The notes beneath the pieces were generated by a model, which did not search any database, had not been told where the DNA came from, and was given only the letters and a program-made list of their open reading frames with translations. Of a DNA stretch of 46,634 nt, positions 17,704 to 25,147 are shown in pieces; the stretch's first letter is position 1; each line of letters starts with the position of its first letter. Origin of the DNA: Vicinamibacterales bacterium (GTDB taxonomy: Bacteria; Acidobacteriota; Vicinamibacteria; Vicinamibacterales; UBA2999); assembly GCA_050183355.1 (NCBI GenBank), contig JBFXBH010000007.1, forward strand, positions 1 through 46,634, written 5' to 3'. The position numbers and the translations under genes are program-made.

Positions 17704-19098
17704 CTATTCGGCCTTGATGCGGATATTGCGCCACTCGGTCGGCGAGCCCTCGACCTGCATGCCGAAGAACCCCGCCGGGTAGTCGTGTTCGGTGATCGTC
17801 GAGCTCAGCGCGCCGTTGATGTAGGTCTTCACCTGGCCGTCCTTCGACACGATCTCGATGTCGTTCCAGTCGAACGGCTTCACGGCCTTCGTCTTGGCCG
17901 CGTGGTCGTAGGTGAACTTCCCCTTGCCGCCGCCGAGGAAGAAGATGTCGGCCATGTCGCGGACCCGGCCCTCGATCTCGATGCTCTTGCCGAAGCCGCG
18001 CATGTTCTCCTCCTGGATGAACATCAGCCAGCCGCCGCCCCCCATGTAGATGTCTTCATCGCCCACCCAGCCCTCGGGCTTGACGAACTTGTGCTGGAAG
18101 CGCACGGTGAAGTTGAGGAGCTTCTTCGCGGAGTAGTACCAGTAGCCGTGCAGGTCGCACTTGCAGTACATCTTCCCGCCCGGAACCACCTTCAGCGTCT
18201 CGCCCGGCTCGGTACGCCCGCAGTCGCCCGGCGCCGGTCCGCAGCGCGTCCCCAGATTGAACTTGATATTCGTGAAGTCCTTCCCGTTGAAGATGTGCTC
18301 GAAGCCGGGTTCGTTGAGCATCATCTGGCCCATCAACTCGACGTCGGGCACGAGTTCCGTCTTGCCGGCCGGGAAGCCGTTCCGGTCGAGGATGTGCGCG
18401 ATGATGTCGGCCCGCGTGTTGTTGGTGATTGACTCGTTCCCGAAGGCCGGCATGCTCTGCAGCTTCGTGTAGAGGTGATACACGGTCGGGTAGAGCATCT
18501 TGCCGTAGTAGACGCGCCCGAGGAACGGCGCAGCGAAGGAGCTCGGCAGCGGGGCCTCGTCCACCTGCTTCTGCGTCAGCTTGGCGTCATTCGTGTTGTG
18601 GCACAGGCCGCAGTTGCGATTGAACGCCTGGCGCCCGCGTTCAGCCTGATCCTCGGTAAAGAACGCCTCGCCCCGCTTCGCCGTGCCCGTGAGTGCGAGA
18701 TCGCCCGCGAACTCCTTCGCGCCGGCAGGTACCTTGCTGTACTGCAGCATGTAGGCGACGACATCCGCGTTCTGCTGCCGCGACAGCGTATTCGGCGCGT
18801 GGTAGGGCATCCGCGCCTGGACGTAGCCGAAGAGTTCCCGGACCGGGCGGCTCTGCCACTTTGCCACGAAGGCCGGCCCGCCGGCCGCGGGTGCGAGGTT
18901 GCCGCCGGCGAGATCCTTCCCGTGGCAGAACACGCACTGCTGCTGATAAACCATCGCGCCGCGGGCCGCCTGCGCATCGGTGTAGATTCCGTTCCAGGCG
19001 GGCGCTGGCTGCTGGGCCGATACCGTGGTGAGCGCCAGAGCGCCCGCTGCAGCCAGCAGGCCCGCTGCCAGGACCATTCGCAACGACATCGTTCTCAT
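17704..19098 (-). CDS. Exported diheme cytochrome c-DUF1080 (3-keto-disaccharide hydrolase-like) fusion
   Basis: ATG 19098 after SD GGAGGAG; CVFCH and CGLCH modules; C-terminal IFNGKDF...NFTVRF...DWNDIEI...YING...GFFGMQVEG...WRNIRIK. Confidence 0.83.
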   Translation of the reverse strand: MRTMSLRMVLAAGLLAAAGALALTTVSAQQPAPAWNGIYTDAQAARGAMVYQQQCVFCHGKDLAGGNLAPAAGGPAFVAKWQSRPVRELFGYVQARMPYHAPNTLSRQQNADVVAYMLQYSKVPAGAKEFAGDLALTGTAKRGEAFFTEDQAERGRQAFNRNCGLCHNTNDAKLTQKQVDEAPLPSSFAAPFLGRVYYGKMLYPTVYHLYTKLQSMPAFGNESITNNTRADIIAHILDRNGFPAGKTELVPDVELMGQMMLNEPGFEHIFNGKDFTNIKFNLGTRCGPAPGDCGRTEPGETLKVVPGGKMYCKCDLHGYWYYSAKKLLNFTVRFQHKFVKPEGWVGDEDIYMGGGGWLMFIQEENMRGFGKSIEIEGRVRDMADIFFLGGGKGKFTYDHAAKTKAVKPFDWNDIEIVSKDGQVKTYINGALSSTITEHDYPAGFFGMQVEGSPTEWRNIRIKAE

Positions 19099-19140
19099 TC
19101 CGTCTCCTCCCGCCTCAGCGTCACAGATCACTCCCGGTGG

Positions 19141-19159
19141 GCCGCACGTCGCGTGCGGC
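19141..19159. other. Small intergenic hairpin
   Basis: GCCGCACG-TCG-CGTGCGGC within a 104-nt gap inside the cluster. Confidence 0.35.
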
Positions 19160-19202
19160 ACGCCCGCAGAACGGCTGTCCGCAGGACGTCAGTCTGACCG
19201 CC

Positions 19203-20345
19203 TCAGGGCTGGTCGTGGTCGCGGATGCGGATGTTCCGCCAGCGCGCCGCGAAGCCCTGCATCTGCAGGCCGATGTAGCCCGGCTGCGTGTACTCGTGCT
19301 GGGTCACGGTTGTGACCAGCGTGTCGTTGACGAAGCCCCGGATGTTGCCGTCGGTCGACACAATCTCGATGGTGTTCCACTCGCCGAGCGGGCGCACCAC
19401 GCGCCTCAGGGCGTCGTTGTCCCACGTATTCGCGCGCATCTTCGTGCCGCCGAGCGCCACCGGCTTCAGCAGGTCCCGCTGTTCACCGGCCAGCGTCAGC
19501 GACTTCGGCCAGACGAACAGATTCTCGTCGAACAGGAACAGGTGATAGCCCGTGTTCGCGTAGTAGTAGACGTCGTCCGCGTCCCAGTCCGCGGGCTTCT
19601 CCGACAGGTAGTCGAGCCGCAGCGTGAAGTTGCGGTACTTCCCGGCGGTGTACATGAACCCGTGCTCCTTGCCGGAGCCGCGGATGACGCCGTTCCGGAT
19701 CGTGAACGCCGCGCCCGGCGTCGTCCGGCCGCAGCTCTCGGGGGGCAGCCCGCAACTGAGGCCCACGAGGAACTTCCAGCCCGCGAACGTGCGGCCGTTG
19801 AAGAGGCGCACGAAGCCGGGTTCGTCGAGCGGCATGTTCTTCATGGCCGCCAGGTCGAAGAGCAGCGGTGCCCGGCCGGCGGGGAATCCGTTCTGCTGGA
19901 GCAGATACGCCAGGATGTCGGTGCGCGTCTGCGGCGTGATGCTCGTCGTCACGGCCGGCATGGACTCCAGTTCCCGGTAGAGGAAATAGACCGACGTGAA
20001 GATCCGGCGTCCGGTGTTCTTCTTGTCCGCGATGTAGCGCCCGCCGAGGTTGCTCGTCAGGCGCTGCCGGGCGATCAGGAACCCCCGCGTCTCGAGTTTG
20101 GCCTTTTCGGGGTCCGGCTCGGCGAAGTGGCACGCGCCGCAGTGCTTCTCAAAGAGCGCCTCGCCACGCTCGGCCTGCGCCACCGTGTAGTAGGCCTCCG
20201 GCTCGCCGTTCTCGGGCGCAGCGGCCACGGACGCACCTGGCTGCGCGGCGGCGGGCGGTGCGGCCTGCGCGGACGCAAACAGGAGACCGGCCACGACGAA
20301 GGCGGCGGTCAGGCCGATGACGCGCATTCGCGGGTTCGACGGCAT
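19203..20345 (-). CDS. Exported cytochrome c-DUF1080 fusion
   Basis: TGATG overlap with the upstream gene; signal peptide; YYTVAQAERG...CGACH...SMPA; LFNGRTFAGW...YRNFTLRLDY...GEWNTIEI...GYIGLQMQG...WRNIRIR. Confidence 0.85.
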   Translation of the reverse strand: MPSNPRMRVIGLTAAFVVAGLLFASAQAAPPAAAQPGASVAAAPENGEPEAYYTVAQAERGEALFEKHCGACHFAEPDPEKAKLETRGFLIARQRLTSNLGGRYIADKKNTGRRIFTSVYFLYRELESMPAVTTSITPQTRTDILAYLLQQNGFPAGRAPLLFDLAAMKNMPLDEPGFVRLFNGRTFAGWKFLVGLSCGLPPESCGRTTPGAAFTIRNGVIRGSGKEHGFMYTAGKYRNFTLRLDYLSEKPADWDADDVYYYANTGYHLFLFDENLFVWPKSLTLAGEQRDLLKPVALGGTKMRANTWDNDALRRVVRPLGEWNTIEIVSTDGNIRGFVNDTLVTTVTQHEYTQPGYIGLQMQGFAARWRNIRIRDHDQP

Positions 20346-21352
20346 CAGGGCACCTCAATCAACTCGATCGCCTCCAGGCTTGGCCCTTCGACCATGGCCG
20401 CGCGGCCGGACCCGAAGCGGTACGGCGCCTTCAGGATGCGCACGCCATTCTGCCGCAGCCGGGCCAGCCAGTTCGAGAGCCCGCTGACCTGCAGGCCCAC
20501 GTGGTCCATGACGTGGCCGCGGGAGCCGACGAGCGGCTGGCCGCCCTGCCGTTGATACCAGTTCAGCTCGACATCCCCGAACGCCACGCCGCCTGCGGGC
20601 TGGCGCATCGTGCCCTGCGGCACCAGCGAAAGCCAGGACGGCTCGCCGGTCGCGACGTCGCAATCCGCCTCGGACGTCTTCCGCCCTTCCGCGCGGCGCG
20701 CCGACTGGCTGATCGGCACGCCGAAATGGCGTTGGTACCAGAGCTCGGCGCAGAAGACCTGCTCCTGGAACATGTGGACGTGGTTGAAGCGTTCGGCGGG
20801 GTGGTCGCCTGCGTACTCGATCCACTCCCCGTCCGGGCCGGTGAGGTAGCCGTATCCCCCGGCGGTGGCCTTCGCGCCCCTCTCACGTGCCGCCGCGGCC
20901 GCCGCGCGCGTGAGCGTGCCAGGGAGCCACTCGTTGCTGAAGGTCACGGTGCGGCCGTCGTCCGTGTGGAGCGGCGTCAGAGGCGCGCCGGACGTCCGGT
21001 ACCGCTCCCACGAGCCCTGAGCGCTGGGCACGTGCCAGCCGAAGTGCCAGTACGCACTCTGCCCCGCCGGCGGACGGCCGGTCCGCTTCGAGAGGAGCAC
21101 GAGCACGTGCCCGGTGCGGAAGCCGGTGAAGCCGGCCACCGTGGCCGGCTCGACCGTCGTGAAGTGGCGCTGATAGAAACGTACCGCCGCGGCCGGGTCG
21201 GCGCTGTTCAGGTGCAGGTGGTGGAAGGCCGGTGTCTCGCTGTTCTGGGCCCGTGCAGCCGGGGGCGTGACCGCGCGCGCGCCCGGAAGGAGGACAAGCA
21301 CCGCCGCCGTCAGAAGCCCTGCCCGCACGGCACCCACAGTACTCGACCTCAT
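20345..21352 (-). CDS. Exported multi-module VOC (glyoxalase/extradiol dioxygenase fold) protein
   Basis: Signal peptide; FHHLHLN, WHFGWH, GPDGEWIEY, FNHVHM, MDHVGLQV, EGPSLEAIELIE. ATG 21352 is the preferred start. Confidence 0.8.
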   Translation of the reverse strand: MRSSTVGAVRAGLLTAAVLVLLPGARAVTPPAARAQNSETPAFHHLHLNSADPAAAVRFYQRHFTTVEPATVAGFTGFRTGHVLVLLSKRTGRPPAGQSAYWHFGWHVPSAQGSWERYRTSGAPLTPLHTDDGRTVTFSNEWLPGTLTRAAAAAARERGAKATAGGYGYLTGPDGEWIEYAGDHPAERFNHVHMFQEQVFCAELWYQRHFGVPISQSARRAEGRKTSEADCDVATGEPSWLSLVPQGTMRQPAGGVAFGDVELNWYQRQGGQPLVGSRGHVMDHVGLQVSGLSNWLARLRQNGVRILKAPYRFGSGRAAMVEGPSLEAIELIEVP

Positions 21353-21397
21353 CGGCTCCGCCTCACGTCCCTGCACCACGTCGCGGAACCGCACCCG

Positions 21398-23572
21398 CTA
21401 CGGTCGCGCGCTTCCGGCAGCCGGCAGTCGGAACACCCACAGCGTCGTGCCGGATGCCGGCGCCCCGATCTCCGGCGTGAGGGCACCGCCGTTCACGTCG
21501 TACGTCCGGCCCCCGCCCGCTGTCACCGCGATGTACTGTACGCCGTTGACGCTGTAGCTGATCGGATAGGAACTCGGCGGCGCGTTCAGGCGCACCTGCC
21601 ACAGCACCTTGCCGGTCCGGTCGTCGAGCGCACGGAACCAGCGGTCGCGGGAGCCCTCGAACACGAGCCCCCCGGCGGTGGCCAGCACCGCGCTGCTGTG
21701 CGGCGCCCGCTCGCGGTTCGTCCACAGCGTCTTGCGCGTCGCGAGGTCCACGGCCTGCACGCGCCCGACCATGCCGTCACCGCCCTCCTTCGGCGTCGCG
21801 AAGACGGCGATGTCGATCGCCGCGCCCGGCGTAGGTGAGTACATGAAGGGCATGCAGGTCTCGTTGCTCGGCACGAAGAGCACGCCGGTCTTCGGATTGA
21901 ACGACGTCGCCGGCCAGTTGCGGCCGCCGCCGGAGGCCGACGGGCAGATGGTCCTGATCTCGTTGGCCTTCGGCTCCAGCTCCGCCGAGATCCGCTTGGC
22001 GCCGGTCTTCGGATCGATGGCCACGACGAGGTTCTGGATGCCGGAGTCGTAGGAGAACAGGTACTGTCCGGTCGCCGCGTCCAGCGTGTCGAAGAGCGCC
22101 ATCTTGCCGGCCGTCGTGACGGTCCTGCGCGGTTTCCCGCCCACGGTGAGCGTGGCGAGCGTCCGCTCGAAGACCCAGTCCAGGTCCCACACCTCCCGGC
22201 CCATGTGCTGGTAGTGCCACACGAGCTCGCCGGTCTCGGGGCGCAGCGCGAGCGTGCTGTTGGTGAACAGCCCGTCGTTGTAGCCGGGCTTGCCGGGCGC
22301 ACCTTCGAGCAGCACCTCGGCCTTGTACGTCTGGCCGACCCCGCTGTAGACCAGGTTCAGCTCCGGGTCGTAGCTGGGCGCGGTCCAGATCGCGCCGCCG
22401 GTGCGCTTCTCGAGTGGCGCGCCGTTCCAGGTGTCGCCGCCCGGTTCGCCGGGCCGGGCGAGGGTGTTGAAGCGCCACACCTCCCGGCCGGTGGCGGCAT
22501 CGAGCGCCAGCAGGAAGCAGCCCCCCGCGTAGCCGACGTTGCAGTTCGACATGCCCTGAAAGAGCTTGCCCTTTGCCACCAGGGGACCGGCCGTAAAGGA
22601 GATGTTGTCTTTGGCGTCCGCAAAGGCGCGGTCCCACACCATCGTGCCGTCGCGCATGTTGATGGCCGTCACGTTCCGGCTGCCCGCGAGGTAGACCATC
22701 TCGCCGTAGATCCCGAGGTTGCGGACAAACGGCGTGCTGAAGCCCGGGCTCGCGCCGGGCGCGCCGGCCCCCGGGCGCGCGTACTTCCAGATCGGGTCGC
22801 CGGTCGCCGCGTCCAGCGCCTCCAGGGTTCCCGCGCTGGCGGCGAAGAGGACGCCGTCGTGCATCAGCGGCGTGATCTCGTTCACGCCGGGCGCCAGGCT
22901 CCAGCTCCACGCCACGCCGAGCCGGCCGACATTCTCCCTGTTGATCTGGTCCAGGTCGCTGAAGCCCTGGGCGTCGTAGGTGCGGCGCCAGTGGAGCCAC
23001 TCGCCCCTGGGCGGGTTGCGCAGCATCTCGTCCGTGACCGGCCTCAGCGCGCGCATCCGCTCGGCGCGCGCCTTCAGCGCCGCCTGCGCGGTGGCGTCCT
23101 CGATGAACAACTGCGGGAGCGGAATCCCCTGGCGACGCTCGGCGGGCCAGTGGTCAGCCAGGCTCATCGCCGCCAGGGCCGAGGGCTGCGCGGCCGGTCC
23201 CGCGGGCTTCACGCCGTTGGCCTGGACCAGATACGCCATCACGTCGACGTAGTCCTGATCGCTGAGCGAGCCCGGTGCCTGCGGCGGCATCCGCTCACGC
23301 ATGTATCGAAACAGGCCGTCGCCCGGCTGCGCCCGCCAGCGTCCTCTGAACGCCGGCGTGATGAGGGCGGGCCCCCCGGGCCCGCCGGTGAGGTCGGCGC
23401 CGTGGCAGCCCTGGCAGGTGGACCGATACAACTGCACGCCACGGCCGGCCTGCGCCTCGGTGAAGGTGAACGGGCCGGGCCTCCCCTGCCCGGACGTCGC
23501 CACGACCGCCGCAACGAGGCCGATGGCCGCCAGGGCCCCCGCGCCGATCTTCCGCCGCCTCGTCGCCCCCAT
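21398..23572 (-). CDS. PQQ-dependent dehydrogenase (alcohol-dehydrogenase-like) with an N-terminal cytochrome c domain
   Basis: CQGCH...RMPPQAPGSL; WLHWRRTYDAQGFSDLDQINRENV; YDPELNLVYSGVG; WHYQH...WDLDWVFE; CPSASGGGRNW; LATAGGLVF; GVQYIAV. Confidence 0.88.
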   Translation of the reverse strand: MGATRRRKIGAGALAAIGLVAAVVATSGQGRPGPFTFTEAQAGRGVQLYRSTCQGCHGADLTGGPGGPALITPAFRGRWRAQPGDGLFRYMRERMPPQAPGSLSDQDYVDVMAYLVQANGVKPAGPAAQPSALAAMSLADHWPAERRQGIPLPQLFIEDATAQAALKARAERMRALRPVTDEMLRNPPRGEWLHWRRTYDAQGFSDLDQINRENVGRLGVAWSWSLAPGVNEITPLMHDGVLFAASAGTLEALDAATGDPIWKYARPGAGAPGASPGFSTPFVRNLGIYGEMVYLAGSRNVTAINMRDGTMVWDRAFADAKDNISFTAGPLVAKGKLFQGMSNCNVGYAGGCFLLALDAATGREVWRFNTLARPGEPGGDTWNGAPLEKRTGGAIWTAPSYDPELNLVYSGVGQTYKAEVLLEGAPGKPGYNDGLFTNSTLALRPETGELVWHYQHMGREVWDLDWVFERTLATLTVGGKPRRTVTTAGKMALFDTLDAATGQYLFSYDSGIQNLVVAIDPKTGAKRISAELEPKANEIRTICPSASGGGRNWPATSFNPKTGVLFVPSNETCMPFMYSPTPGAAIDIAVFATPKEGGDGMVGRVQAVDLATRKTLWTNRERAPHSSAVLATAGGLVFEGSRDRWFRALDDRTGKVLWQVRLNAPPSSYPISYSVNGVQYIAVTAGGGRTYDVNGGALTPEIGAPASGTTLWVFRLPAAGSARP

Positions 23573-23584
23573 GAACCTCTGCTC

Positions 23585-24712
23585 CTAGTCCGGCAGCGCC
23601 TTGATGCGGATGTTCCTGAAGCGCATCGCGACTCCCTCAAGCTGGAAGATGACCCAGCCGGGGTTGGTGAACTTGTTCGATCCCCGCCCGATGGGCGCGC
23701 CGTTGATGTAGGTGTTGATCACGCCCTGATCGTTGACGACGCGCACCGAGTTCCACTCGCCCACCGGCCGCTGCACGCGCTTCCGCGTCACGTCGTCGAG
23801 CAGCGGATCGGGCACGCTGAGCACGGCCATCAGGTTCAGGTTGTGCCCCTGCACCTCAATCCGCGACTGGGTCGGCGGGTAGACGAAGTGCTCGGTCACC
23901 GGAAAGAGGACGCCGCCGTTGCCGTCGAAGAACGTGTCGCCAGGGTCGGCATCGGCCGGTCGCTCGAACAGCATGTCGAATCGGAGGTCGAAGTGCCTGT
24001 ACTGCTTCTTCGTGTGCCAGTAGCCTTCCGGCTGGCCGGCATAGACCAGCTCTCCCCGGGCCGCGTCGACCGTCACGACGTTGCCGGGGTCCGTCGTGCC
24101 GCAGCCCAGCGGCGCCGGCTTGCACATGAAGCCCAGCACCACGCCGAGGCCGGACAGGTCGCGGCCGTCGAACACGACGTCGAACCCCTGCTCGTTGAGG
24201 GGCATCCGCTTCATCGCCGCGATGTCGAGCGTCAGCGGCACGGCTCCGGGTGGAAAGCCGTTGGCCTTGAGAATGAACGCGATGATGTCCAGCTTGACCG
24301 TGGGGCTCACCGCGTGTGAGTTGCCCGCCGGCATCGTGTCCCGGATGCGGCGGAACAGGTGGTACAGCGACGGGTACTTGCGCGCGAAGCGCCCCCCGAG
24401 CGACAGCAGCGTGTGCTCGGTCCGGTAGAACCCTGCTTCGGGCGGCAGCATCTCCCGCGTGAGCAGCGGCGGCGCCGTGTGGCAGACGCCGCAGTTGCGC
24501 AGGAACGCCGCCCGTCCGCGCGTGGCCTGTTCCTCGGTGTAGTACTGCGAGACGGGCTCACCGACCGGCGGCGCCACCGGATCGCCCAGCCCGCCGACCT
24601 TCGCGGGCTCCAGGCCCTGGCCGGAGGCGGGCACGGACAGACACATCGCGAACGCCGTCAGCAGCAGTGCGCGGGCCACCACCCGTCTCGGCGGCGCGGC
24701 AGCTCCCGTCAT
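23585..24712 (-). CDS. Exported cytochrome c-DUF1080 fusion
   Basis: ATG 24712 overlaps the upstream TGA (ATGA); YYTEEQATRG...CGVCH...TMPAG; VFDGRDLSG...YRHFDLRFD...GEWNSVRV...YING...FQLEG...FRNIRIK. Confidence 0.85.
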   Translation of the reverse strand: MTGAAAPPRRVVARALLLTAFAMCLSVPASGQGLEPAKVGGLGDPVAPPVGEPVSQYYTEEQATRGRAAFLRNCGVCHTAPPLLTREMLPPEAGFYRTEHTLLSLGGRFARKYPSLYHLFRRIRDTMPAGNSHAVSPTVKLDIIAFILKANGFPPGAVPLTLDIAAMKRMPLNEQGFDVVFDGRDLSGLGVVLGFMCKPAPLGCGTTDPGNVVTVDAARGELVYAGQPEGYWHTKKQYRHFDLRFDMLFERPADADPGDTFFDGNGGVLFPVTEHFVYPPTQSRIEVQGHNLNLMAVLSVPDPLLDDVTRKRVQRPVGEWNSVRVVNDQGVINTYINGAPIGRGSNKFTNPGWVIFQLEGVAMRFRNIRIKALPD

Positions 24713-25137
24713 GGCTTGCGCTCGATGATGGTGATGGCCTTCAGCACCTCGACGCGCCCCGGCAGCTCGGAGGCACCCGCCGGCATCCCGCCGACCTGCA
24801 ACATGTAGGCGAGCACGTCGGCGTTCTGCTGGTCGCTCAGGTGCCCGCTCAGGTTGAGTGGCATCTGGGTGCGCATGATATCGAAGACCGTCGCGAGAGG
24901 CCGCCGGTTCCACTTTCCGGCGAACGCCGGCCCCGCGAGCGCCGGTGCGAGCACCGTGCCCGCCAGGTTCAAGCCGTGGCACATCGAGCAGTTCTCACGG
25001 TAGAACGGCTCACCCCGCGCGGCCTGGGCGTCCGTGTAGACGCCGTCCCACTGCGACTTCGGTGATTGAGCCGCCAGGCCCAGCCCGCACACGCCTGTGA
25101 GCGCGAGCGCGGCCAGAACCTGGCGGAGGAAGGACAC
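24709..25137 (-). CDS. Small exported class I cytochrome c
   Basis: Probable GTG 25137; signal peptide; WDGVYTDAQAARG...CSMCHG...QMP...LSDQQNADVLAYML. Confidence 0.85.
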   Translation of the reverse strand: MSFLRQVLAALALTGVCGLGLAAQSPKSQWDGVYTDAQAARGEPFYRENCSMCHGLNLAGTVLAPALAGPAFAGKWNRRPLATVFDIMRTQMPLNLSGHLSDQQNADVLAYMLQVGGMPAGASELPGRVEVLKAITIIERKP

Positions 25138-25147
25138 GGCGCGGAGC

